Positions 23,385-34,052 of a DNA stretch of 64,000 bases are shown piece after piece. The translations under genes and the position numbers were made by a program. This DNA is from an uncultured Acidobacteriota bacterium. Its GTDB lineage: Bacteria; Acidobacteriota; Thermoanaerobaculia; Multivoradales; UBA5704. How positions within the stretch are numbered: the stretch's first letter is position 1; the number at the start of each line of letters is the position of its first letter. Where the stretch lies: NCBI GenBank assembly GCA_963832495.1, contig CAWHUF010000011.1:963242-1027241 (forward strand). Direction: 5' to 3'. The notes under the pieces were generated by a model. It saw nothing but the letters and a program-made list of their open reading frames with translations, was not told the DNA's origin and made no database searches.

Positions 23385-24459
23385 ACCAAAGACAGGGCGG
23401 CCACGCGGGGCCGCCCCTACATTCCTCGCCATTGCCATGCTCCTCGGCGCCGTGGGTTGCGGCAAGCAGGGGCCGCCTCAGCCGCCCTTGCGGGACGTCC
23501 CGGCCACCACGCAGGACCTCGCGGTGGTCCAGCAGGGTCCCAGGCTCCTCCTGAGCTTCGGCTATCCCCAGGTGACGCCGGCCGGTACGGCTCTCGAGGG
23601 GATCACGGCCGTGGAGATCTACCAGGCCACGCGGCAGGCGGCGGATGGCAAGGCCACTCCGATGGATCCGCGGCAGCTCGGCGCCGCGGCCAAGCTCCTC
23701 CAGCGGCTGGAGGGGGCCGACCTGACGGCGGCCACGGAGGGGCAGCGCCTCAGCGTCCTGCTGCCTTTGGCAGAAACCCCGGCGGGCCAGCCTCCACCGG
23801 CTCAGTACTTCGCCGTGCGCACTTTCGGCAAGGCGGGTGACCCGTCCGACTTCTCCAACGTGGCCGCCGTGGTGCCCAAGGCGCCGCCCGTGGCCCCGGA
23901 GCGGGTGAACGTCACGGCCCGCGCCGACGGGGTGCTCGTGGAGTGGTCGCCCGTGGAAGGGGCGACGGCGGGGTACAACATCTACCGCCGGGGAGCGCAG
24001 GAACGCGCCTATGGCCGGCCCGTGCACACGGCGGGTGCCCAGGAGCGGAGCTGGCTCGACAACACGGCCCGCTTCGGCCAGAGCTACATCTACACGGTGA
24101 CGGCCCTGGCGGGACCGGATCCGGCCGTCGAGAGCGGCATCGCCAGCGACCACGAGGTGATCTACCAGGACCGCTTCCCGCCGCAGCCCCCGGGCGAGCT
24201 CGTGGCCCTGGCGGAGACGGGGCGGGTGCGCCTCGTCTGGCAGGCGAGCGAGGCCGAGGACATCGCGGGCTATCTCGTCTACCGCCGGGCGGGCGAAGGC
24301 GGCACGTTCGAGCGGATCACGGCCCAGCCGGTCCAGAGCGCCGAGCACGTGGACACCACCGTGCGCTCCGGGCAGGCTTACATGTATCGCGTGACGGCGG
24401 TCGACCAGTCCGGCAACGAGAGCGCGCCTGGAAGCGAGGTCCGGGCGGCGGTGCCTTGA
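23374..24459 (+). CDS. Lipoprotein with fibronectin type-III-like domains
   Basis: [10 protein letters not shown]...[12 protein letters not shown] lipobox. Repeated ...[18 protein letters not shown]... and ...[19 protein letters not shown]... Fn3-like modules. Confidence 0.55.
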
Positions 24460-24460
24460 G

Positions 24461-25318
24461 ATGACCCACTTCTATAAGGTCTCCGGCAGCGGCAACGACT
24501 TCCTCGCCCTGGCGGAGCCCTTCCAGGTCCCACCTCCCGAGACGATCCGCGCCTGGTGCCGGCGCGGCGTCTCGCTCGGGGCGGATGGCCTGTTCGTGCT
24601 GCGGCGGGCGGGAGGCGGCTCCACCATGGACTACTTCAACGCCGACGGCCTGCCCGCGGACCTGTGCCTGAACGGCACCCGCTGCGCCGCCCAGCTCGCC
24701 TTCCACCTCGGCTGGGCCGAGGAGAGGGTGACGGTGCGGACGGCGGCAGGCGAGATCCCGGCCCGGCGGATCGACGAGTCGCGAGTGGCGCTCGAGCTGT
24801 CCGTTCCGGCCGAGCCGCCGCGGAGCCTGACGGTCGAGGCCGGGGGAAAGTCCTGGGTGGGGTACCGCCTCATGGTCGGCGTGCCTCACTTCGTCCTGCT
24901 CTGGCCCGAAGGGCTGGAGCACGCGCCCGTGCGCGAGCTGGGAGCCGGGATCCGCCGACACGAAGCCTTTGGTCCTCCGGGGACGAACGTCAATTTCGTC
25001 CGCTTTCCCGCGCCGGACCGCATGGAGATCCGCACGTTCGAGCGCGGCGTAGAGGACGAGACGCTCTCCTGCGGCTCGGGCGTGATGGCGAGCGCCGCCG
25101 TGGGGCTGGAGACGGGACGGGCCACCCTGCCGCTCCACGTGGCCACATGGGGAGGTTTCGAGCTGGAGGTCGATGGGGAGCTGGCCGAGGGACGGTGGTC
25201 CTTGGCCGGAGACGCCCGCGTGGTCGCCGAAGGGGACCTGCTTCCGGGAGCCTTGGCAATGACCTCCGGGGGCGGGCCGCATTCTTGCACGCCGGTTGCA
25301 GTGGGAGGGCTGAAATGA
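24461..25318 (+). CDS. dapF: Diaminopimelate epimerase
   Basis: YKVSGSGNDFL...LCLNGTRCAA...SCGSGVMASA motifs. Confidence 0.85.
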   Translation: MTHFYKVSGSGNDFLALAEPFQVPPPETIRAWCRRGVSLGADGLFVLRRAGGGSTMDYFNADGLPADLCLNGTRCAAQLAFHLGWAEERVTVRTAAGEIPARRIDESRVALELSVPAEPPRSLTVEAGGKSWVGYRLMVGVPHFVLLWPEGLEHAPVRELGAGIRRHEAFGPPGTNVNFVRFPAPDRMEIRTFERGVEDETLSCGSGVMASAAVGLETGRATLPLHVATWGGFELEVDGELAEGRWSLAGDARVVAEGDLLPGALAMTSGGGPHSCTPVAVGGLK

Positions 25319-26064
25319 GGAGAGCCTCGGCAGAAGCGTCTCGCGTCGCAGCCATCGTGCCGGCGTACAACGAGGAGGCCACGCTGACCGAGGTGCTCTC
25401 GGTGCTCCAGGCCACCCCGGACATCGACGAGATCCTGGTCGTCTCGGACGGCTCGACCGACCGGACCGTCGACATCGCCCGCTCGATGGGCCTGCGCACC
25501 ATCCACCTGCGGCAGAACCAGGGCAAGGGCCGGGCCATGTCCATCGGCGTGGCCCACACGGACGCGGAGATCCTGCTCTTCGTGGACGGCGACATCCTGA
25601 ACCTCACGGGCGACCTCCTGGCCCGGCTGATCGAGCCGGTCCTCTCGGGCCAGTCCGACATGAACGTGGGCATCCGCCACCGCGGGCGGCCGCTCAACGC
25701 CATCCAGGAGAGGACGGGGCCGCTGCTGTCGGGTATCCGCTGCCTGCGGCGGGAGATCTTCGAGGCGGTCCCCGAGAGCCACCGCGAGGGCTTCGCCATC
25801 GAGACCGCCCTCAACTGGGCGTGCGAGCAGCTCGGGTACCGCATCACCACGATCCTGATGTATAACCTGAAGCACCTCGTCAAAGAGAAGAAGCGCGGCC
25901 TGGTCCAGGGCTTCCGCGCCCGCTTCAAGATGTTCGCGGCCGTCTTCGGCGCGTACATGAACCTGCAGCTCACACAGCCGGCGCTATTGACTGGAGAGAG
26001 GCGGGCCGGGGAGATCCCGGCGCGCCACGTCCTCAAACCCGAGCTCGAATACATCAACTTCTAA
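25315..26064 (+). CDS. Glycosyltransferase family 2
   Basis: ATGA overlap with the dapF stop. AAIVPAYNEEATL...VVSDGSTDRT...LFVDGDIL (DxD). Confidence 0.7.
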   Translation: MRRASAEASRVAAIVPAYNEEATLTEVLSVLQATPDIDEILVVSDGSTDRTVDIARSMGLRTIHLRQNQGKGRAMSIGVAHTDAEILLFVDGDILNLTGDLLARLIEPVLSGQSDMNVGIRHRGRPLNAIQERTGPLLSGIRCLRREIFEAVPESHREGFAIETALNWACEQLGYRITTILMYNLKHLVKEKKRGLVQGFRARFKMFAAVFGAYMNLQLTQPALLTGERRAGEIPARHVLKPELEYINF

Positions 26065-27294
26065 ATGGCCCGACAAGAGTTTCCTCCCGTCGACGAGCAG
26101 ATGGAGCTGCTCCAGCGCGGGGCCGTGGATCTGGTGGACCCGGTCCAGCTCCGCGCCAAGCTGGAGAGGTCACGGCAGACCGGCCAGCCGCTCGTGGTCA
26201 AGACCGGCTTCGACCCCTCCTCTCCGGACCTCCACATCGGCCATACGGTGCTGCTGCGCAAGATGCGCCACTTCCAGCAGCTCGGCCACCGCGTGATCTT
26301 CCTGATCGGCGGCTTCACCGCCCGCATCGGCGACCCCACGGGCAAGAAGGCCACCCGGCCGCAGCTCACCTCCGAGGAGGTCCAGGCCAACTCCCTCACC
26401 TACCAGCGCCAGGTATTCCACGTGCTCGACAAGGACGAGACCGTGATCGACGACAACGACCGCTGGCTGGGCTCCCTGGGCTCCCAGGGGATGATCCGTC
26501 TCGCCGGCCGCTACACCCTGGCCCGCATGATGGAGCGCGAGGACTTCAAGGTCCGCTTCCAGGAGGGCCGGCCCATCCACCTCCACGAGCTCCTCTACCC
26601 GCTCGCCCAGGCCTATGACTCGGTCTTCCTCAAGGCCGACGTGGAGCTGGGCGGGCACGACCAGATCTTCAACCTGCTCGTGGGGCGCGACCTCATGAAG
26701 GAGGAGGGGCTGGAGCCCCAGGTGGTGCTCACCGTGCCCCTGCTCGTGGGCCTGGACGGCCACGAGAAGATGTCCAAGAGCCTCGGCAATGCCATCGCGG
26801 TGGAAGATCCGCCGCGCGAGATCTACGGCAAGACCATGTCCATCCCCGACTCGCTGATGTGGGACTGGTACCTGCTCCTGACCGACCTCCCGAAGGCCGA
26901 GATCGCGGACCGGCGCGCCCGGGCGGAAGCGGGCGGCCTCCATCCCAAGGGGGTCAAGCAGGAGCTCGCCCGGCATCTCGTGGCCCAGTTCCACAGCGAG
27001 GAGGCCGCGCGGGAGGCCGAGGCGGAGTTCGAAGCCGTGTTCGCCGGGGGCGGAGTGCCCGAGGACGTGCCCGAGAAGGAGCTCGCCGGCGCCTGGACCC
27101 TGACCAAGCTCCTCACCGCCGCCGACCTCGCTCCGAGCAACGGCGAGGCGCGCCGGCTGATCCAGCAGGGAGCCGTCTCGATCGACGGTGAGCGGGCGGA
27201 CGATCCCTTCCTGGAGCTCTCTCCCCGGCCCGAGCCCTACCTCTTCAAGGTCGGCAAACGGCGCTTCGCGCGCGTGCGCCTGACCGCTGCCTGA
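26065..27294 (+). CDS. tyrS: Tyrosine--tRNA ligase
   Basis: TGFDPSSPDLHIGHTV (HIGH), KMSKSLGNAI (KMSKS), C-terminal S4-like domain. Confidence 0.9.
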   Translation: MARQEFPPVDEQMELLQRGAVDLVDPVQLRAKLERSRQTGQPLVVKTGFDPSSPDLHIGHTVLLRKMRHFQQLGHRVIFLIGGFTARIGDPTGKKATRPQLTSEEVQANSLTYQRQVFHVLDKDETVIDDNDRWLGSLGSQGMIRLAGRYTLARMMEREDFKVRFQEGRPIHLHELLYPLAQAYDSVFLKADVELGGHDQIFNLLVGRDLMKEEGLEPQVVLTVPLLVGLDGHEKMSKSLGNAIAVEDPPREIYGKTMSIPDSLMWDWYLLLTDLPKAEIADRRARAEAGGLHPKGVKQELARHLVAQFHSEEAAREAEAEFEAVFAGGGVPEDVPEKELAGAWTLTKLLTAADLAPSNGEARRLIQQGAVSIDGERADDPFLELSPRPEPYLFKVGKRRFARVRLTAA

Positions 27295-27330
27295 TCCCCA
27301 ACGTCTGATCCCCAGAATAAAAAGAGGGAG

Positions 27331-27358
27331 CGCCTGAGCCGTAGGACCGTCTCAGGCG
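27331..27358 (+). terminator. Hairpin downstream of tyrS (weak terminator candidate)
   Basis: CGCCTGAG-ccgtaggaccgt-CTCAGGCG with only a short TT tail. Confidence 0.3.
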
Positions 27359-27430
27359 TTCCCGAGGGGATTGAGGAGTTTCGTTTTGGTTTCTTTCATA
27401 TTGTGACAGCCGTGTTACACAGATGTCAAT

Positions 27431-27445
27431 AGTGGTGCTACCACT
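27431..27445. promoter_or_regulatory. Perfect palindrome AGTGGTGCTACCACT in an AT-rich leader upstream of the TetR-family gene (candidate operator)
   Basis: 15-bp palindrome 40 nt upstream of the tetR start. Nearby second dyad TGTGACAgccgTGTTACACA and AAGCTTcctAAGCTT. Confidence 0.4.
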
Positions 27446-27486
27446 GTTGCGCCCTCCGAGGCGTCCAAGATAAGCTTCCTAAGCTT

Positions 27487-28138
27487 ATGAGGAAGAATCA
27501 ATCTGTCGTGGAACGAGAAAGTGAAGGCTCCGGCGAGCTGTCGTCGCACGACCGGATCCTGCAGGCGGGCCGCGAGCTGTTCTCCGGAGACGGCTACGAG
27601 AACACCACGACCTCGGCCATCGCCCGCAAGGCCGGGACGAGCGAGTCTCAGCTCATCAAGCACTTCGGCAGCAAGGAGGGCCTGCTCGAGGCGATCTACG
27701 ACGAGGCCTGGCAGCGGATGGCCATGGGCCTGCGCAGGATCCAGGAAGCCTACAGCTCTCCCACTCGACCGGCTGCGGGCCCTGACGGAGCTGATGATCG
27801 GCGCGCTCGAACGCGACAAGGAGATCAGCACCCTCATGCTCCTGGAGGGACGGCGCATCCGCAAGCACGGCCACCAGGTGCTCCTCACCCGCGGCTTCCA
27901 GCAGGTGCTGGGGGTGATCGACGGAGTGCTGCGGGAGATGCGCGACGCGGGGCTGCTCCGGCAGGACCTCCACCCGGAGGCGGTCCGTTCCGCCCTGATC
28001 GGCGCCTTCGAGGGGCTCCTGCGCGACCAGCTCCTGGCCGAGCGGGGGGGCTTCCCGGCCCACTACGACGGGACCGAGCTGCGGGCGGCCTTCAAGGCCG
28101 TGCTTCGAGTGCTTCCTCGGTCGCGCCAGGACGGCTAG
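27487..28138 (+). CDS. TetR/AcrR-family transcriptional regulator (one apparent frame disruption near 27755-27765)
   Basis: HTH ILQAGRELFSGDGYENTTTSAIARKAGTSESQLIKHFGSKEGLL in frame 1. C-terminal ligand domain (LDRLRALTELMIGALERDK...LRDQLLAERGG...) in frame 2. Confidence 0.7.
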
Positions 28139-28168
28139 CGCGCCGAGTTGCGGCTATCATCTCCTGCA

Positions 28169-29090
28169 TGCTGTCTCTGCTGCTCGCGCTTTTCCTCGCG
28201 GCGCCGCCCGCCGCGGTCTCCGCCGCTCCTCTCCGCATCGCCAGGCCTTCGGCAGCCCGGTCGAGATCGAGGTCCGGGACCTGCCCCAGGAAAACGCGCA
28301 GGAGGCCATCCAGAAGGCCCTGGCTGAAATCGCGGAGGTCGAGAGGCTGGCCAGCGGCGGCCTCTGCGGCTCTGAACGCGGCGGCGGGCAAGGGTCCCCA
28401 GCCCGTGGACCCGCGCCTCCTCACGGTGCTCACCCGCGCCCGCGACTTCTGCGTGTGGTCGGAGGGGCCCATGGACCTCTGGGCCGGGATCTCTACCGCG
28501 TTGTGGGACCTGCGACACCCCCTTCCGAGCCCCCCTCGCCGGAGCAGGCCGGGCAGGCGGTGGGCGTCGCGGGATGCGACCGCCTGACCCTCGATCCGAA
28601 AAACGGCACCGTGACCCTGGCTGAAGGGAGCGGGCTGGACCTGCGGGGATTCGCGGAAGGATTCGCCGTGGACCGCGCCGTCGAGGTCCTCAAGAAGGAG
28701 GGCGCGGCCAACGTCTTCGTCCGGATCGGACCCGTCCAGAGGGGATCGGCAGCAGGCCCCGAGCGGCAAGGGCTGGCCCGTGGAGCTCCCCTCCCCTGGA
28801 CCGCATCATCTACCTGCGCGACCGCGCGCTGGCGGTCGATCTCTGAAAACGTGTACGTCAACCAGCGGACGGGCCGCCGGGCTCAGGGTGTGCTGGCCAT
28901 CGCGGCGGTGACGGACCTGGCGATGGACGCCCAGGGACTCGCGACCTCGCTGTTCATCCTCGGTCCTCGCGAGGGGCAGCTCCGCCTCGGGTCGCTGCGG
29001 CCGCGGCCTTCGGCGCGCTGGTTTCTGGGCAGCGGATCGGGCGAGCCTCTCCGGGTGGATTATCGCTGGTCCGAGGTGACCCGGAAGTAA
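28169..29090 (+). pseudogene. apbE: FAD:protein FMN transferase (ApbE family lipoprotein) with several frame disruptions
   Basis: Signal MLSLLLALFLAAPPAAVSA. Segments in different frames: FGSPVEIEVRDLPQENAQEAIQKALAEIAEVERLA; LTLDPKNGTVTLAEGSGLDLRGFAEGFAVDRAVEVLKKEGAANVFV; VNQRTGRRAQGVLAIAAVTDLAMDAQGLATSLFILGPREG (ApbE hallmarks). Confidence 0.5.
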
Positions 29091-29102
29091 TCTGGCAACG
29101 CC

Positions 29103-29469
29103 TCAAGCCGCCGCCTCCGCGCAGCAGGACTCGCCGGGGGGGATGGGCCGGCCGTGCGGGCAGACCTCGGGATGGTCGAGGAAGGCGCAGACCTGGTCCT
29201 CGAAGCCGGCGGCGACCGGCGTCTCCCGGCCGCACTCCGAGCCGCGGCCGAGGGTCCGGGCGAGCAGCACCTCGGCGAGGCGCACCCGCCGGACCACGGC
29301 CTGGGCCTGGGCCCGGCCGCGATCGGTGAAGGCGATCTTGCCGTCCGCACCGTCCGCGAAACTGAGGAGGCCGTCCGCCAGCAGCTCCGCCACGCCGCGG
29401 CGGGCCACCGAGACGCCGGCCCGGTCCTCCTCCAGGAGCTGCCAGAGCTCGGCGAGCACGCCCTGGAGC
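29103..29469 (-). CDS. DtxR/MntR-family metal-dependent regulator-like domain (no own ATG; in-frame with the upstream ABC ATPase in this sequence)
   Basis: ...[54 protein letters not shown] resembles the DtxR dimerisation/metal-binding region (VVRRHRLAERLL...HPETCPHGHPIP). Confidence 0.45.
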
Positions 29470-30144
29470 TCGAAGCCGCCGGGCTGCTCCACGTGAGCCA
29501 GGCGGCCGTGCTCCAGCCGGACCTCGCGGCTGGCGCGGGCCGCGATCGCCGGGGCGTGCGTGACCAGGACCAGCGTGTGCCCGCGCTGGTGGAGGTCGGC
29601 GAGGAGCGACATCACGACCGCCTCGTTGACGGCGTCGAGGTTGCCCGTGGGCTCGTCGGCCAGGATCAGCGGCGGCTGGTTGATGAGCGCGCGGGCGATG
29701 CACACCCGCTGCTGCTCGCCGCCCGAGAGCTGGCTCGGCAGGTGGGACAGGCGCTCGCCCAGGCCCACCCGGCTGCAGGGCCTCCTCGGCCTCGCCCCGG
29801 TCGGTCATGCTGTGGACGTACTGGGCCAGCATGACGTTCTCGAGCGCCGTGAGATAGGGGATCAGGTGGAACTGCTGGAAGACGAGGCCCACCGTGCGCT
29901 GCCGGTAGCGCGCCAGCTCGCGGGCGGAAAGCCCGGAGAGATCGACGCCGCCGACCTCGACCCGGCCCGAGGTCGGCCGGTCGAGGCCCGAGAGGATGTT
30001 GAGCAGCGTGGTCTTGCCCGAGCCCGAGGGGCCGGTCACCGCCACCCACTCGCCCTCGCTGATCGAGAGGTCGAGATCGTCCAGGGCGCGGAGCGCTCCG
30101 AAACGGCGGCTCAGGGCCTCGGCTTCGACGAACGGCTCGGCCAT
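29470..30144 (-). CDS. ABC transporter ATP-binding protein (MacB/LolD-type ATPase; internal frame disruption near 29760)
   Basis: [16 protein letters not shown]...[17 protein letters not shown] (Walker A) ... [15 protein letters not shown] (signature) ... [11 protein letters not shown] (Walker B). Confidence 0.7.
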
Positions 30145-30147
30145 CGG

Positions 30148-32227
30148 CTACTCGCCCCGCAGCACCCGCGCGGCGTCCAGCCGCTCGACCCGCCGCAGCG
30201 CCATCACCATCGAAGCGCCCACCACCAGGAGCGCCGCCAGCGCCGCGGCAGCGAAGCCGCTCCAGGTGAGACCCCCGCCGTCAGCCCCTCCGACCCCGCT
30301 GACACCGCCCAGCATGCGTTGCGCGAGACCGCCCGCCGCCAGCTCCCCCAGGACCTCCCCCAGGATCCCCGCCAGCACCGCGGCCGCCAGCAGCTCGGCG
30401 GCCAGGAACACGCCGACCCGCCGGCCGGTGTAGCCGAGGGCCAGGAGCAGCCCGATCTCCACCCGCCTCTCGCCCACCAGCGCCGTGGTCGCGGCCCCTA
30501 CGGAGAGGAGGGCCAGCAGCAGGGAGATGGCGCTCACGGCGGCCAGCACCAGCGTCAGGCGCCGGGTCAGGCGGGCGTCCGACTCGCTGACCCGCAGCAG
30601 CGGGACCGCCTCGACGCCCTCGACCCGGGCTTCGATGTCGCGCGCGATCTCCGCGAGGCGGGCGGAATCGGCGCGCACCTCGATCCGCTCCAGCCCCAGG
30701 TCAGCCTGCGCCGAGGCTCGCCGGCATGGCGGGTGTCACGCCGGTGGCGGTCTGCACTCCGGGGATCTCTCGCACCCGGGCGAGGGCATCCGGATGGATG
30801 GCCGCCGGCCCGCCCACCTGCGGGCGCACGGTGAGGTTGTGCCCGAAGGCGGCGAGGCTCGTCCCCATCTGCTTTTCCGCGCGGCTGGAAAAGCCCGCCA
30901 GGGTCGCCACGGTGGCCACGGCCACGGTGACCGCGGCGAGGATCAGCGCGAGCTGGCGGAAGCGGCGGCGAAGGCTCGCCAGGACCATGCGGAAGACCAT
31001 CAGGCGGTCGCCCTCTTCAGGATGTCGGCCGGATAGCGCTCCAGCGCCCGGGCCACGGGAGCCGCGCTCGCCAGCACGGCGACCGTCACGCCGAGCAGGA
31101 CGGCGAACGGCAGCAGCACCGGCATCCACGGCACGGCGACGCCCAGGATACCGCTCCCCAGGAGCCGCCCGGCCACGAGCCCGGCCGCTCCGCCGGCCAG
31201 GCCGCCGAGCCCGCCCAGCAGCGCCGCCTCGCTCAGGAAGAACAGCACCACCCGGCTCCGCGGCGCGCCGATGGCCACCATCAGCCCGGCCTCCAGCCGG
31301 CGCTCCAGCACCGTGGCCGTCATGGCCGCCGTCACGCCCACGGCGGCCCCGGCGAGCGCCACGGCGGCCAGGGCGGCCAACACCCACCGCAGGCGGCCGA
31401 GCACGTCCGCCGTGGCCTGGGTGACGCCGTAGTCCACGCTCGTCCGCGCCCGCGGCAGGGCCTGGTTGATCTGGAAGGCGATCGAGGAGGGGAAGGCCGT
31501 GCAGTACCAGGCCTCGTACTCCTCGGCGCTCATGCGCGTCGGATCGGGACGGGTATTGCGGCTCTCGGGTGAGGTCAGGGCGAAGATCTCGGCGCGGGTG
31601 AAGCGGCCCGGCTGGCCGGCCAGCCGCTGCACGGCCGCGATCGGCGCGAAGGCCTGATCGTCCTCCTCGCCGCCGCTGGTCAAGACGCCGACGACGTGGA
31701 AGGTCTCCTCGCGCGAGCCAAGGACGGTCCTGAGATCGCTCCCTGAAGAGAGGCCGAGCCGCTCGGCCAGCCGGCGCCCCAGGACCACCTCCGTCAGCAC
31801 CGTCGGCGGGCCAGCGGCCTTCCACCTGGAGAGTGGGCCGGGTGCGGGGCAGGCCTGTTTTCCAATTCGGTTCCAGCGCGTGCTCGAACCAGGTGCCGAC
31901 GAGCGGCGCCACTATCTGCGGGGTCCCAGCCGGCTCCATGCGTACCCGCGGAGCCAGGAACGGGGCGATGGCGACGATGTTGTTGCGCCAGAAAATCTTG
32001 CGCACCGTGGGCAGATCGGAGACGGGGAGGGTCTCGCCCTCGCGCGCGGGCACCATCACGAGGTTCGCGCCGTAGGAGCCCAATTCCGCGGCCAGCCGGT
32101 CGCCCGAGGCCAGCACCACCTCGGCCAGCGCCGTGGCGCCCAGGGTGCCCAGGGCCACGGCGGTCACCGCCAGCAGCTTCCTCCGGGTCCCCCGGCGCAA
32201 CGACTCGACCAGCAGGCGCGCGTACAT
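30148..32227 (-). CDS. ABC transporter permease, FtsX family with two MacB_PCD/FtsX modules (YbbP-like); at least two frame disruptions
   Basis: N-terminal MYARLLVESLRRGTRRKLLAVTAVALG...; middle ORF 31000-31800 and C-terminal 30148-30678 each carry FtsX-type 4-TM segments (…LLALGYTGRRV…). Confidence 0.65.
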
Positions 32228-32239
32228 CCGAGTCTCCGT

Positions 32240-33541
32240 CTACCCCGCGTGCCCCATGTGCCCGGCGTGGTCACCGGTCCCCTGCGTACCTCCGGAAAGG
32301 TCCGCGACCGTGAGCACGAGGTCACTCCCCTCGACGCGGGAGGCCAGGGGGATGGGGTTGCACCCGCCCGCCTGGCCGATGCTGGGCGGATAGACCGCCG
32401 AGCCGCAGTGCAGGCAGGTGATGTTGGGGCCGTCCTGGTAGTACCCCTTCGGGCCGCAGATCAGGCAGGCGTCGAAGGCCGTGGCGATCTCCCCGCCCTT
32501 CTCCACGGGCTCGATGGGGACGGCGATGAAACGCACGGGCCGGCCCTCGACCGTCACCTGGAAACGTTGCAGGGCAGTGCCCCGGAAGGTCGAGAGCGGG
32601 ATGCGCACCGTGCCGTCCGCCCCCGCCTCGACAGGTGTGGCCGGCGAAAGAGACGGTGGCTTGGCGTAGACGAAGCCGAGACCCAGGGCCGCCAGGATGA
32701 TGGCGCCCAGAGCACCTCCGAGGACCCGGGCGCGCGCCTGCCGGCGGCTCCCCGCCTTCTCCAGCCGCGCCGCGGCTCCCGGCGTGTCCGCCGCCAGGGC
32801 CGCCTCGCGCTGCCGCCCCGGGATCACCAGCATCAGCAGGGGCAGGAGGAGCACGGCCGCGATGAAGAAGAACTCGTTCTTCACCAGCGGCCCCACCGTC
32901 GCCATGGTGGTCTCGTTGGCCGGCAGCCACCCGGCCTCCGACAGCTCGTGGTACCCGTTGATCAGGAGCTGGAGGACGAAGATGCCGAGCGCGATGCCGG
33001 TGATCTTGAAGAAGCGCCCGAGGTCGATCCGCAGGCTGCCGCGCACGAAGAGCACGCCGAAGGTGATGGCCAGGGCCAGCCCGATCAGCACGCCCAGGAT
33101 GGCCAGGAGGCCGCTCGTGGAGAGCGACAAGGCGGAAAGGAAGAGCACCGTCTCCACCCCCTCGCGGAAGACCATGAGGAAGGTGAAGAGGAAGAGCCCC
33201 AGGGCCACCGACCCCGCCCGCTCGCGGGAGAGGATGCGCGAGAGCGATCCCTTCATCTCGCCCGACAGGCTGTGGGAGTGCCGCCACATCCACACCATCA
33301 TCGAGCCCACGATCAACGCCGAGCCCAGGTACAGGAGCCCCTCGAAGGCCTCCTCGTTGACCGCCCAGCGATAGAGCATGTAAGCGCCGGCGAGGCTCGC
33401 CACGGCCGCCGCCGCGATTCCACCCCACACGGCGCCCAGGTGGCGCTCGTAGCCCTCGCGGCGCAGGAAGACCACGATGATCCCCACGACCAGCGCGGCT
33501 TCCACGCCTTCGCGCAGCGTCACGATCAACGCTTCAAACAT
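32240..33541 (-). CDS. FTR1-family high-affinity iron permease (EfeU-like) with extra C-terminal Cys-rich domain
   Basis: Two REGVE motifs (LREGVEAAL, FREGVETVL). C-terminal ...CLICGPKGYYQDGPNITCLHCGSAVYPP.... Confidence 0.8.
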   Translation of the reverse strand: MFEALIVTLREGVEAALVVGIIVVFLRREGYERHLGAVWGGIAAAAVASLAGAYMLYRWAVNEEAFEGLLYLGSALIVGSMMVWMWRHSHSLSGEMKGSLSRILSRERAGSVALGLFLFTFLMVFREGVETVLFLSALSLSTSGLLAILGVLIGLALAITFGVLFVRGSLRIDLGRFFKITGIALGIFVLQLLINGYHELSEAGWLPANETTMATVGPLVKNEFFFIAAVLLLPLLMLVIPGRQREAALAADTPGAAARLEKAGSRRQARARVLGGALGAIILAALGLGFVYAKPPSLSPATPVEAGADGTVRIPLSTFRGTALQRFQVTVEGRPVRFIAVPIEPVEKGGEIATAFDACLICGPKGYYQDGPNITCLHCGSAVYPPSIGQAGGCNPIPLASRVEGSDLVLTVADLSGGTQGTGDHAGHMGHAG

Positions 33542-34029
33542 GGAGCCGCCCTCCCTGTGACGGCAGACAGCGGTGCTGGCGCCGGAACCTGCGCGCAGAC
33601 GTTACAGAGGCCCGTGATCTGCAGCGTGTGGCGGGTCGGCACGAAGCCGTGGGCACGGCAGATCTCCGCCTGGAGCGCCGCGATGCCCGGGCTCACGAAC
33701 TCGACCACCCGCCCGCAGCCCGTGCACACGAGGTGGTCGTGCTGCTGCCCGGGATGGACGTGCTCGTATAGGAAGCCCCGGCTCCCCAGCCGCTGCTTGC
33801 GGGCGAGGCCGCACTCCACCAGGAGGTCCAGGTTGCGGTATACCGTGGCCCGCGAGATCTTGAGGCCCCGCGCCTTCATGGCGCCAAGCAGCTCTTCGGC
33901 GTCAATATGGCCGTGCTGGGAGAAGATCTCGTCGAACAGCGCCAGCCGCTCGCCGGTCACCCGTTGTCCGCGGCCGCGCAGAAACTGGAGGAATTGCTCT
34001 TTCTCGCGATCATTGCGGGCGTTCGCCAT
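33526..34029 (-). CDS. fur: Fur-family transcriptional regulator
   Basis: ...RATVYRNLDLLVECGL...HDHLVCTGCGRVVEF... Confidence 0.8.
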   Translation of the reverse strand: MANARNDREKEQFLQFLRGRGQRVTGERLALFDEIFSQHGHIDAEELLGAMKARGLKISRATVYRNLDLLVECGLARKQRLGSRGFLYEHVHPGQQHDHLVCTGCGRVVEFVSPGIAALQAEICRAHGFVPTRHTLQITGLCNVCAQVPAPAPLSAVTGRAAPCLKR

Positions 34030-34052
34030 AGCCTGTCTTCCGCGGACTCTTA

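Noticed and set aside
34030-34052. Fur box upstream of fur or the FTR1 operon
   Set aside because: Only a weak resemblance (TCTTAATGAGATTTCGTCTCA) to the GATAATGATAATCATTATC consensus. Not reported as a feature.
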